NCBI GenBank assembly: GCA_023432475.1 | Contig: JAEYUN010000011.1 | Coordinates: forward strand, 1-53,855 | From: Candidatus Parcubacteria bacterium | Lineage (GTDB): Bacteria > Patescibacteriota > Saccharimonadia > Saccharimonadales > Saccharimonadaceae | Length of the DNA: 53,855 nucleotides | Direction of reading: 5' to 3' | Shown here: one piece after another, positions 18,756 through 26,353 of the stretch | Numbering within the stretch: position 1 is the stretch's first letter | Layout of the letters: each line of letters opens with the position of its first letter | Position numbers and translations under genes: made by a program | Notes under the pieces: model-generated | What the model saw: the letters and a program-made list of their open reading frames with translations, nothing else | Databases searched by the model: none | What the model was told of the DNA's origin: nothing

Positions 18756-18777
18756 GTGAAGACACTTCTGTCTTCGC
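18756..18777 (+). promoter_or_regulatory. 5'-UTR stem-loop
   Basis: GtGAAGACA cttc TGTCTTCgC: a 7-9 bp stem with a 4-nt loop, about 12 nt upstream of the GAGAGGAGG SD. Confidence 0.4.
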
Positions 18778-18804
18778 ACATTCTTTCGAGAGGAGGTGGC
18801 AACA

Positions 18805-19083
18805 GTGCTAACAAAAGCGCGGCTGGAAGAGATTAGGAATCAGCTACTCAAAAACGCTCAGAGCCTCCCAAACGGCTCGAAGCGAGTTGAGTTCAACCTC
18901 GCTAAGGGAGAGATGCCTAGTCAGGGCAATCTCAAGGCACTTAGTGAAGCGCTCTACCCTCACGTCGGCGGCTACTGGCTGCAGACATTCCGTGTATCAC
19001 ACGTCAGAACCGATAAAGGGAGAGAGTACATCGAGCTGCTCATCAAGCATCGCGATCCGCCAGACGATCCCTACCCGGTCTGA
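18805..19083 (+). CDS. hypothetical protein, 92 aa (orphan)
   Basis: GTG at 18805 lies 8 nt after GAGAGGAGG. The ORF-track GTG at 18796 is inside the SD. Sequence (V)LTKARLEEIRNQLLKNAQSLPNGSKRVEFNLAKGEMPSQ...HRDPPDDPYPV; no recognised motif. Confidence 0.6.
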   Translation: MLTKARLEEIRNQLLKNAQSLPNGSKRVEFNLAKGEMPSQGNLKALSEALYPHVGGYWLQTFRVSHVRTDKGREYIELLIKHRDPPDDPYPV

Positions 19084-19086
19084 CTT

Positions 19087-19133
19087 ACCCGCACCCGCCT
19101 TACGTCGAGCCCGCCTCCGTAAGGAGTGCGGGT
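19087..19133. terminator. GC-rich hairpin between convergent genes
   Basis: ACCCGCAC..CCTTAC (19087-19103) pairs with GTAAGG.GTGCGGGT (19119-19133), followed by TTgacgTTTT. Confidence 0.6.
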
Positions 19134-19148
19134 TTGACGTTTTGGGGT

Positions 19149-19439
19149 CTAAATAACGATGCCAACTGGCAAGAAATAACTCAGCAATGTCATGATAATC
19201 AAAATAGCGTATTCTATCTTACGATCAACCTGCAGCTTATCCCTTGAAGCCAGGAGCAGACCCACGAAAAGACCGAGTGGAAAACCGTGGAAAACCAACG
19301 GGCCCAGCTGCAACGGAACACTAAATTTCAACCAGAACGCCCCAAGCATCATGTAGACAACAAGCTTTAAAAAATAGATCGAATCCGGCTCGCTCAGCAC
19401 TTGCCTAACCGAGCGTCGGCGTGTTTGTTTTTTAACCAT
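19149..19439 (-). CDS. hypothetical small membrane protein, 96 aa
   Basis: MVKKQTRRRSVRQVLSEPDSIYFLKLVVYMMLGAFWLKF...; 3 predicted hydrophobic helices by eye. Composition matches the host genes. Confidence 0.65.
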   Translation of the reverse strand: MVKKQTRRRSVRQVLSEPDSIYFLKLVVYMMLGAFWLKFSVPLQLGPLVFHGFPLGLFVGLLLASRDKLQVDRKIEYAILIIMTLLSYFLPVGIVI

Positions 19440-19446
19440 AAGCTTC

Positions 19447-19452
19447 AGTATA
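19447..19452 (-). promoter_or_regulatory. -10 box TATACT, 7 nt from the ATG of the 96-aa gene (leaderless geometry)
   Basis: Minus strand: TATACT gaagctt ATG(19439). No SD; AT-rich upstream. Confidence 0.4.
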
Positions 19453-19460
19453 ACAGATTA

Positions 19461-19493
19461 AATAAATAAAGCGACCACCCGTTCGGATGGCCG
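19461..19493 (-). terminator. rho-independent terminator directly after rpsJ (strand-specific)
   Basis: Minus-strand RNA CGGCCAUCCG aa CGGGUGGUCG forms 10 bp including two G-U pairs, followed by CUUUAUUUAUUU. On the plus strand the same positions are C-A mismatches. Confidence 0.75.
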
Positions 19494-19517
19494 TTCTATG
19501 TACACATTTATCGCTAT

Positions 19518-19838
19518 TTACATGCGAATTTCTGCATCACACCCAGCTGGCAAGCTGAGGTTTTGCAGGCTGTCGATAGTTTTTGGCGTCGCACCGATAA
19601 TATCTATCAGACGTTTGTGAACGCGCATCTCGAAAGCCTCACCGCCTTTTTTATAGACGTGCGGGCTCTTGACGACCGTGAAGGTACTACGACGGGTTGG
19701 TAGTGGAACCGGCCCGGCAATGCTAGCACCGGTGCGAAGCGCAGTATCGATAATTTGTTTAGCTGACTGGTCGATGACTTTGTGGTCATAGGCTTTAAGG
19801 CGAATTCGAATTCGCGGGGCTGCAGGTTGATCTGCCAT
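19518..19838 (-). CDS. rpsJ: 30S ribosomal protein S10
   Basis: [48 protein letters not shown]... Confidence 0.98.
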   Translation of the reverse strand: MADQPAAPRIRIRLKAYDHKVIDQSAKQIIDTALRTGASIAGPVPLPTRRSTFTVVKSPHVYKKGGEAFEMRVHKRLIDIIGATPKTIDSLQNLSLPAGCDAEIRM

Positions 19839-19935
19839 AACTAATAACTCCTAATTATTATGTTCCGTAACCTGTGCATGAACCGTATCGTCTCACGTCA
19901 CGCCCAGTTCTCGGAACGATTTATATACAGCAGCT

Positions 19936-19964
19936 AGCATACCAGAAAGCTCTTCGTTTGTAAA
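19936..19964 (-). promoter_or_regulatory. promoter TTTACA-17-TATGCT for rpsJ
   Basis: Minus strand: TTTACA (19964-19959) aacgaagagctttctgg TATGCT (19941-19936). The leader of about 95 nt contains GTTCCG...CGGAAC pairing. Confidence 0.5.
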
Positions 19965-19971
19965 TCTAGGA

Positions 19972-20000
19972 TTGACACTCCCGCTCCGCTGTGTTGTAAT
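19972..20000 (+). promoter_or_regulatory. promoter TTGACA-17-TGTAAT for the 79-aa orphan gene
   Basis: TTGACA (19972-19977), 17-nt spacer, TGTAAT (19995-20000). An AAGGAAGG SD lies 9 nt before ATG 20042. Confidence 0.65.
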
Positions 20001-20041
20001 ATAAGTATAGTACACCGCTATTTTAAGGAAGGTTTACTCGA

Positions 20042-20281
20042 ATGACAGCACCTGTCAGCCAGAAGTCACTCAATAAGGCCAAGGGTCAAATGATTGACAC
20101 CATCAAGAAGGGGTACAAGACCTACCTCCGGTTCGATGTCGACGGCACCGTCTCGCGCGCCCAGTGCGACAGAATCGAACACGAGGTTTTCCTCGCGACG
20201 AAGCTGGCCTTCAAGGTAGACTTCGAGGAGTTCCGCTACCCCTTGGCGACCCTCAGAGAGCTTGTTGCAAGAGAGCTCTAG
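20042..20281 (+). CDS. hypothetical protein, 79 aa (orphan, GC-rich)
   Basis: MTAPVSQKSLNKAKGQMIDTIKKGYKTYLRFDVDGTVSRAQCDRIEHEVF... All 8 Lys codons are AAG, whereas adjacent rpsJ uses AAA for 7 of 8. Good SD. Confidence 0.65.
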   Translation: MTAPVSQKSLNKAKGQMIDTIKKGYKTYLRFDVDGTVSRAQCDRIEHEVFLATKLAFKVDFEEFRYPLATLRELVAREL

Positions 20282-20294
20282 CCCCTCGCCCAAA

Positions 20295-20353
20295 CCCCGC
20301 CCTCGTAGAGTCGACTCATGAACTCCGTTCTGGTCCTCCGGGACCAGGCGGGG
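20295..20353 (+). terminator. nested GC-rich hairpin without U-tract after the 79-aa gene
   Basis: Outer stem CCCCGC (20295-20300) / GCGGGG (20348-20353). Inner stem CTGGTCC (20330-20336) / GGACCAG (20341-20347). Confidence 0.45.
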
Positions 20354-20368
20354 TTCGTCATATATAAC

Positions 20369-20400
20369 AAAAATACCCCTGGTTGACAGGGGTATTTTTT
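20369..20400. terminator. canonical bidirectional rho-independent terminator (tuf side)
   Basis: AAAAATACCCCTG gttga CAGGGGTATTTTT: a 13-bp stem flanked by A and T runs, 20 nt from the tuf stop. Confidence 0.85.
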
Positions 20401-20419
20401 AATAATCCTAGAAGTAGAA

Positions 20420-21601
20420 TTATTTGTTGATCTTGGTGACAACACCAGCACCAACCGTGCGGCCACCTTCGCGGATAGCAAAGTTCAAACCTTGCTCCAT
20501 AGCAATCGGAGCGAGCAACTTCACCTTAAAGGTAACTGTGTCACCTGGCATGACCATTTCTTTGTCAGCCGGTAGCTCGACTTCACCGGTCACGTCAGTA
20601 GTACGGAAGTAAAACTGTGGTTTATAACCTTTGAAGAATGGTGTGTGACGACCGCCCTCTTCTTTGGTAAGAACGTAAACTTCGGCGTCAAACTCAGTGT
20701 GAGGAGTGATACTGCCTGGTTTAGCGATAACCTGCCCACGCTCGATATCATCACGCTCAATGCCGCGTAGCAGAATACCAGCGTTGTCACCAGCCTGGCC
20801 TTGGTCAAGGTTCTTCTTGAAGGCTTCGATACCAGTAACGACTGATTTTTGGCTAGCACGAATACCGACAATTTCAACTTCATCGTTAATCTTGACGATA
20901 CCTTGCTCAATACGACCGGTAGCAACGGTGCCGCGACCCTTGATTGAGAAGACATCTTCAACTGGCATTAGGAATGCCTTGTCGAGGTCACGCTTTGGCT
21001 CTTCGACGTAGTCGTCCATAGCCTTAACGAGTTCCATGATGGCATCTTCGTATTTGGCATCACCTTCTAGAGCCTTGAGGGCTGAACCCTTGATGATCGG
21101 GCAGTCACGGTCAAAACCGTTTTTCTCCAGCAGGTCACGGACATCTTCCTCGACCAGCTCAACCAGCTCTTCATCGGCCATGTCCATCTTGTTTAGGAAG
21201 ACAAGAATCTTTGGCACGCCAACTTGGTGAGCCAGTAGAACGTGCTCGCGAGTCTGAGGCATTGGGCCGTCAGCAGCTGAGACCACCAAGATAGCACCAT
21301 CAACCTGAGCGGCACCGGTAATCATGTTTTTGACGTAGTCGGCGTGACCAGGCATGTCAACGTGAGCGTAGTGGCGTTTTTCGCTTTCATACTCCTGGTG
21401 AGAAGTGGCAATGGTAATACCACGAGCCTTCTCTTCTGGTGCGTTGTCGATTTGGTCGTAAGCGACAGGCTTGTTTACTTCACTTGGAAGCTTTTTAGCC
21501 AATACAGCCGTGATGGCTGCAGTCAAAGTGGTCTTACCGTGGTCGACGTGACCCATCGTACCAACATTGACGTGAGGCTTGCTTCGGTCAAAATCTGCCA
21601 T
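20420..21601 (-). CDS. tuf: elongation factor Tu
   Basis: [31 protein letters not shown]...[18 protein letters not shown]... Confidence 0.99.
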   Translation of the reverse strand: MADFDRSKPHVNVGTMGHVDHGKTTLTAAITAVLAKKLPSEVNKPVAYDQIDNAPEEKARGITIATSHQEYESEKRHYAHVDMPGHADYVKNMITGAAQVDGAILVVSAADGPMPQTREHVLLAHQVGVPKILVFLNKMDMADEELVELVEEDVRDLLEKNGFDRDCPIIKGSALKALEGDAKYEDAIMELVKAMDDYVEEPKRDLDKAFLMPVEDVFSIKGRGTVATGRIEQGIVKINDEVEIVGIRASQKSVVTGIEAFKKNLDQGQAGDNAGILLRGIERDDIERGQVIAKPGSITPHTEFDAEVYVLTKEEGGRHTPFFKGYKPQFYFRTTDVTGEVELPADKEMVMPGDTVTFKVKLLAPIAMEQGLNFAIREGGRTVGAGVVTKINK

Positions 21602-21674
21602 AATGTAGATTTTCTCCTATTGTTTAAGTTGTATTCATCGCGACGCGAGCAAACACGCCGCGCGCATAAGAACA

Positions 21675-21704
21675 ATTATAAGCGAAAATTACCTCTTTTG
21701 TAAA
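21675..21704 (-). promoter_or_regulatory. promoter TTTACA-18-TATAAT for tuf
   Basis: Minus strand: TTTACA (21704-21699) aaagaggtaattttcgct TATAAT (21680-21675). Confidence 0.6.
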
Positions 21705-21722
21705 GGGTTAGCTAGCGGCAGA

Positions 21723-23810
21723 TTATTTACTGCGACTAGCAATAATCTCAGTCGCCACATTTGGTGGAACTTCTTCGTACTGAGCCAGTTCCATAGTACT
21801 AGCAGCCCGGCCTTGGCTCATTGAGCGAATGTCGCCGGTGTAACCAAACATATTAGCTAGTGGGACGTAGGCTTTGATGAGTTTAGCACCGCCCATCAGG
21901 TCTTCCATAGCATCGATACGCCCCCGGCGGGAGTTAAGGTCGCCGATAATATCGCCCATGAAATCTTCAGGAGTCGTTACCTCAACATGCATAACTGGCT
22001 CAAGAATAACTGGCTTAGCTTGTGGAATACCGTTTTTGGTGGCCAATACACCGGCTAGCTTGAAGGCCAGCTCACTCGAGTCAACATCGTGATAGCTACC
22101 GTCGTGCAGTGTCGCTTTAACACCGATAACGGGATAGCCCGCCAAAATACCGCCCTGGAGCGTTTCGTCGATACCGGCTTTAACGGCTGGGCGGTATTCC
22201 TGCGGGACAACCCCACCCTTAATTTCATCAACGAATTCAAAGCCTTCGCCCGACTCGGTCGGTTCAAAGCGCACCCAGACATCACCGTACTGACCGCGAC
22301 CACCCGACTGCTTGGCGTGCTTGCCCTGGACATCGGACGTACCACGGATTGTTTCACGGAACGCGACTTGCGGTTCGCCGACATTGGCCTCAACCTTAAA
22401 TTCTCGTTTCATGCGATCCACTAAGATCTCGAGGTGAAGTTCACCCATACCAGACATGATAGTCTGGCCGGTTTCCTCATCGGTATGAATTCGGAAAGTC
22501 GGGTCCTCTTCGGCTAGACGCTGCAGGGCAACGCCCATCTTTTCCTGGTCGGCTTTAGATTTTGGCTCCACCGCAATAGATACCGGCGGCTCTTGGAAGG
22601 TGATGCCCTCAAGCGCAATTGGATGGGCTACGTCACAAAGAGTGGCGCCGGTGTAGGTACTCTTCAGCCCCACCACGGCGGCAATGTCGCCAGCACTAAT
22701 CTCATCTATATCTTCGCGCTTATCGGCATGCATACGCACAATCCGGCCGACACGCTCTTTCTCGCCTGAAGTTGTGTTGAGAACATAACTACCAGCCTTT
22801 AAGACGCCGCTGTAAACACGTACGAAAATTAGCTTACCGACGAATGGGTCGGTGGCAATCTTGAAAGCCAAAGCGCTCATTGGTTCGCTGGCATCTGGTT
22901 TGCGAGAGATATCGTCACCTGTCTTCGGGTTTTTACCCCAAATTTCCGAAATATCTAACGGACTAGGTAGGTAGTCTACCATTAGGTCAAGAACCTTCTC
23001 GACAATCACACCACGACCATCACCGCCCGTAACCAGGAAGAAATCACCAGCCAGAACACGTTTGCGCAGTGCGCTCTTTAGTTCTTCGACAGTTATAGAA
23101 TATTCACCTTCTTCCAAAAAGCGCATCATCAGTTCGTCATCGGCTTCTACCGCGTTCTCAACCAGTAGACTGCGGGCATTTTTGGCTTTTTCCAACATGT
23201 CGGCAGGGATCTCGCCAACTTGCAATTCGTGGTCATGATACTCATTATAGGTGTAGGCTTTCATGTCGACCAAGTCAACGACACCGCAAATATCTTTTTC
23301 GAAGCCAATCGGCAAATGAATCGGGAAAGCTTGACGTGTTAAGCGGTTATGGATACTCTCTAGCGACTTGTAAAAATCACCGCCAGTTTGATTGATCTTA
23401 TTAATAAAACAGATGCGCGGCACGCCGTACTTGTTAGCTTGACGCCAAACGGTCTCACTTTGCGCCTCAACACCCATCTTGCCGTCAAAAACCGTAACTG
23501 CGCCGTCTAGCACGCGCAAAGAGCGCTCGACTTCAGCCGTAAAGTCAATGTGACCTGGCGTATCTATAATGTTAATCTTGTGCTCTTTCCAGAAACAAGT
23601 CACAGCCGCCGAAGTAATGGTAATACCGCGCTCACGCTCCTGTTCCATCCAGTCAGTAGTAGTGTCACCACCGTGAACTTCTCCAATTTTATGGCTCATA
23701 CCGGTACGGTACAAGATGCCTTCGGTCGTAGTAGTTTTACCAGCATCAATATGTGCGATAATTCCGATATTACGGAACTTTTTCAAATCAGTTACTTTTG
23801 GTGTAGCCAT
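21723..23810 (-). CDS. fusA: elongation factor G
   Basis: ...[26 protein letters not shown]...[17 protein letters not shown]...; 695 aa. Confidence 0.99.
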   Translation of the reverse strand: MATPKVTDLKKFRNIGIIAHIDAGKTTTTEGILYRTGMSHKIGEVHGGDTTTDWMEQERERGITITSAAVTCFWKEHKINIIDTPGHIDFTAEVERSLRVLDGAVTVFDGKMGVEAQSETVWRQANKYGVPRICFINKINQTGGDFYKSLESIHNRLTRQAFPIHLPIGFEKDICGVVDLVDMKAYTYNEYHDHELQVGEIPADMLEKAKNARSLLVENAVEADDELMMRFLEEGEYSITVEELKSALRKRVLAGDFFLVTGGDGRGVIVEKVLDLMVDYLPSPLDISEIWGKNPKTGDDISRKPDASEPMSALAFKIATDPFVGKLIFVRVYSGVLKAGSYVLNTTSGEKERVGRIVRMHADKREDIDEISAGDIAAVVGLKSTYTGATLCDVAHPIALEGITFQEPPVSIAVEPKSKADQEKMGVALQRLAEEDPTFRIHTDEETGQTIMSGMGELHLEILVDRMKREFKVEANVGEPQVAFRETIRGTSDVQGKHAKQSGGRGQYGDVWVRFEPTESGEGFEFVDEIKGGVVPQEYRPAVKAGIDETLQGGILAGYPVIGVKATLHDGSYHDVDSSELAFKLAGVLATKNGIPQAKPVILEPVMHVEVTTPEDFMGDIIGDLNSRRGRIDAMEDLMGGAKLIKAYVPLANMFGYTGDIRSMSQGRAASTMELAQYEEVPPNVATEIIASRSK

Positions 23811-23880
23811 AATATTAGCTTAGAATCTTCCTTTAATTTGTATAAATAATTGTGCCCACAGAAAATAAGGCTTTGGGTCT

Positions 23881-23909
23881 AGTATAACAGAGTTGAAAGC
23901 TTTCGTAAA
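23881..23909 (-). promoter_or_regulatory. promoter TTTACG-17-TATACT for fusA
   Basis: Minus strand: TTTACG (23909-23904) aaagctttcaactctgt TATACT (23886-23881). Confidence 0.55.
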
Positions 23910-23948
23910 TAATCCTCTCCGACAGCGCCCAATTAGCCCGACTGTTTG

Positions 23949-24671
23949 TTAGGCCGCAGCCGAAACGTTATCGATACTTGAGGGTTGGTGTTTACGAATA
24001 GCGGGATGTATTAAGTGGGTTTTGGAAAACCGCCTAACCTTGAGTAATGCAGCCAGAACCTTTTTAACTTCTTCTATATTCATGCCGCTAAGAACCTCGC
24101 GTCCCGGTAGTAGATTTAATTCAGGCTCTCGCATGCGTTCTATTTTGCGGCTTAAGGCATCTAGACAGAGAGAGTTAACGCGCCGAGTAATCGCATGTGG
24201 CGATAGTGGAAGATGCTCGTCGATAATAGCCTTTAACCGCTTTGCTTCTCCGACTTCATAGACTGCTTGGCGCATCACTTCTATCGAAGGTCTGCGTGGC
24301 AATTCAAATATAAAGTGAGAGAAGTTATGCATTTGACGTGGTAAGTTCACTTTAAGAAATGACAACCCTCTAAACGCGCTGCCGACATCGCCTTCATCTT
24401 TGAATCTGACAACCGTATAGTCGGCTTTTGGCGTGGCGAGATGATGTTCGTCAAAATCACCGGTCCATACATAATTTGCAGTTTTCATTTGGCCGAGAAG
24501 CCGCCCTATCATTATTTCAGGCCGCGGCATTCCAAACTCGTCTATCGGGGCGGTGAGTTTATTGTTCAATACCACTTTACCGTTCTGGTCGACATCGAGT
24601 ATATCTGTATGAGCATGAAGGGGCGCCAGGTTATGAAGGTTACGAATATATCGCAACCTTTCTTCCGTCAT
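23949..24671 (-). CDS. hypothetical protein, 240 aa, inserted between rpsG and fusA
   Basis: Clean ORF with host-like composition. Contains ...WTGDFDEHHLATPKADY...(about 30 aa)...VNLPRQMHNFSHFIF..., a spacing loosely reminiscent of an HNH/beta-beta-alpha-Me motif. This is my reading only, not a confirmed family. Confidence 0.7.
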   Translation of the reverse strand: MTEERLRYIRNLHNLAPLHAHTDILDVDQNGKVVLNNKLTAPIDEFGMPRPEIMIGRLLGQMKTANYVWTGDFDEHHLATPKADYTVVRFKDEGDVGSAFRGLSFLKVNLPRQMHNFSHFIFELPRRPSIEVMRQAVYEVGEAKRLKAIIDEHLPLSPHAITRRVNSLCLDALSRKIERMREPELNLLPGREVLSGMNIEEVKKVLAALLKVRRFSKTHLIHPAIRKHQPSSIDNVSAAA

Positions 24672-24725
24672 TTAGTACCCATACTCCGTTTTTGTTTTCA
24701 CCATTACCTTATTTTTACCATAAAC

Positions 24726-24750
24726 AAAAAGGGCCCGACAAGCCCTTTTT
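24726..24750. terminator. rho-independent terminator after rpsG
   Basis: AAAAAGGGC ccgacaa GCCCTTTTT. Confidence 0.75.
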
Positions 24751-24765
24751 ATAAATAACTAGTTA

Positions 24766-25245
24766 TTAGCCTCTAGCGAAATGGGCAAAGGCGCGGTTAG
24801 CCTCAGCCATACGGTGAGTATCTTCCTTCTTCTTGAAGGCGGCGCCGGTTTCATTGACGGCATCGACTATCTCAGCTGCTAGCCTTTGATTATAGGGCGT
24901 GCCTTTTCGCTCACGGGCGCTTTGGACTAGCCACATGTAGGCGTAGTGATGAGCCCGGTGACCTTGGACTGGAAATGGTATCTGGTAGTTAGCACCACCG
25001 ACACGTCGACTTTTAACTTCGAAATTCGGAGTGATATTTTTGAGAGCTTTTTCAAAAACTTCCAAAGGGTCTTCACTCTTCAGTTTGTTAGCGGCGATCT
25101 CAAGGGCGCTATAAACCGCTCGTTCGGCAACTAGTTTTTTACCGTCGAGCATGCTTTTGTTGATGAGTCGCTGAACTTGAGTCGACTGATATTTACGATC
25201 TGGCTGTAGTTGACGTTGCAGCTTTTTAGTAACTTTACGAGGCAT
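24766..25245 (-). CDS. rpsG: 30S ribosomal protein S7
   Basis: MPRKVTKKLQRQLQPDRKYQSTQVQRLINKSMLDGKK... Confidence 0.98.
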   Translation of the reverse strand: MPRKVTKKLQRQLQPDRKYQSTQVQRLINKSMLDGKKLVAERAVYSALEIAANKLKSEDPLEVFEKALKNITPNFEVKSRRVGGANYQIPFPVQGHRAHHYAYMWLVQSARERKGTPYNQRLAAEIVDAVNETGAAFKKKEDTHRMAEANRAFAHFARG

Positions 25246-25247
25246 GA

Positions 25248-25661
25248 TTATTTATCCCCTTTCTTGCTGCCGTATTTAGAACGGCCTTGTTTGCGGTTAT
25301 TGACTCCTTGCAAGTCAAGAGCACCGCGAACGATATGATAGCGCACGCCCGGTAAATCCGGGACGCGACCACCGCGCACCAATACGACGGCATGTTCCTG
25401 CAGGTTGTGACCTTCGCCACCGATATAAGCCCAAACTTCATGACCGTTAGTCAGGCGGACACGAGCAACCTTACGAAGAGCCGAGTTCGGCTTTTTCGGA
25501 GTCTTGGTTGTTACTTTGATACAAACGCCGCGCTTTAGTGGAGCGTCTTGATCGTAGTAGCGAGTTTTTAGCGCATTGTGAATACGACCGAGTGCCGGAG
25601 ATTTCGACTTTTTCTCCGCGGTCTTGCGGGGTTTGCGCACTAATTGGTTAATTGTTGGCAT
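25248..25661 (-). CDS. rpsL: 30S ribosomal protein S12
   Basis: [24 protein letters not shown]...[21 protein letters not shown]... Confidence 0.98.
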   Translation of the reverse strand: MPTINQLVRKPRKTAEKKSKSPALGRIHNALKTRYYDQDAPLKRGVCIKVTTKTPKKPNSALRKVARVRLTNGHEVWAYIGGEGHNLQEHAVVLVRGGRVPDLPGVRYHIVRGALDLQGVNNRKQGRSKYGSKKGDK

Positions 25662-25776
25662 AAAACTCCTGTTTTAGTCCTTTACATAATAAAATTTCGC
25701 CGACACCATAGAGTTTTTGACTCATCAGGCATCAGTTCCAGTAGCAACAGCTACTTGGTGACTCCTTACTCTTGAA

Positions 25777-25808
25777 GTTTTATGAAGTGTACACTATTTT
25801 CATAAAAC
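25777..25808 (-). promoter_or_regulatory. 10-bp stem-loop in the long rpsL upstream region
   Basis: GTTTTATGAA gtgtacactatt TTCATAAAAC: perfect 10-bp arms with a 12-nt loop containing the palindrome GTGTACAC. Confidence 0.4.
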
Positions 25809-25860
25809 GATTGGCTAGAGTTAGGACTGAAACTCGCTAGTTATTGTAGCATAAGATTGA

Positions 25861-25917
25861 AAATAGCGAAAGCCCACCGAGGAGCATCACCGGAGCTGAG
25901 CTCAACGGTTGGCTTTC
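25861..25917 (-). terminator. hairpin plus short T-run after the 100-aa orphan gene
   Basis: Minus strand: GAAAGCCaACC (28-nt loop) GGTgGGCTTTC, then GCTATTTTC. Confidence 0.45.
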
Positions 25918-25931
25918 GGTGGACAAATTCG

Positions 25932-26234
25932 TCACTTGAGTGGAAGGCCTGTTGCCAACCACACTTGCCGGATGCGCTCGCCGATAACCCGTGCCATAGG
26001 GTGGGATATCACCCTGCCCTTTACCGGGTAAACGTAGAAGTTGTAGAAACCCTGCCGGTGATCATCAGCCCTAACCTCTACTCGGTCGACGACGTCGGCC
26101 ATGCGAACACGTAAGGTTTCGGCGACTCGCTGCATGCCTTCCAGGGTGACTTCCGGCACAATGTCAGCATACGGAGGCTTACGCTTGATTGTCATCTGCA
26201 CAAGCACCCGCTTCCCGTTGTATGTGACGTCCAT
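25932..26234 (-). CDS. hypothetical protein, 100 aa (orphan, GC-rich)
   Basis: MDVTYNGKRVLVQMTIKRKPPYADIVPEVTLEGMQRVAETLRVRMADVVDRVEVRADDHRQGFYNFYVYP... All 5 Lys codons are AAG. A GGGAG SD lies 5 nt before the ATG. Confidence 0.65.
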   Translation of the reverse strand: MDVTYNGKRVLVQMTIKRKPPYADIVPEVTLEGMQRVAETLRVRMADVVDRVEVRADDHRQGFYNFYVYPVKGRVISHPMARVIGERIRQVWLATGLPLK

Positions 26235-26274
26235 AAGAGCTCCCTTCGGGGTAGATTTGAGATCTTACATATAT

Positions 26275-26303
26275 ATTACATCATAGTTTGACTTAATATA
26301 CAA
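26275..26303 (-). promoter_or_regulatory. promoter TTGTAT-17-TGTAAT for the 100-aa orphan gene
   Basis: Minus strand: TTGTAT (26303-26298) attaagtcaaactatga TGTAAT (26280-26275), then ATA. The -35 overlaps the 3' arm of the rpoC terminator. Confidence 0.5.
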
Positions 26304-26330
26304 TACCACCCCGTGTGGAGTGGTATTGTA
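26299..26330 (-). terminator. hairpin after rpoC
   Basis: TACAATACCAC (26299-26309) pairs with GTGGTATTGTA (26320-26330): 11 bp, 10-nt loop. Confidence 0.6.
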
Positions 26331-26353
26331 GTGCGTAATTCCGAGCCAGAGTC

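Noticed and set aside
20066-20481. ORFs 20066..20293 -, 20164..20367 + and 20278..20481 - around the 79-aa cassette, and ORF 34007..34285 + antisense to the 75-aa gene.
   Set aside because: They are shadow frames of GC-rich segments. They cross terminator hairpins and have no start context.
18805-26234. Possible homology among the 92-, 79- and 100-aa orphan proteins, which would make them a paralogous family.
   Set aside because: Manual alignment showed no convincing shared motifs; only their promoter -10 regions are similar. I leave this as an open question for profile or structure comparison rather than a claim.
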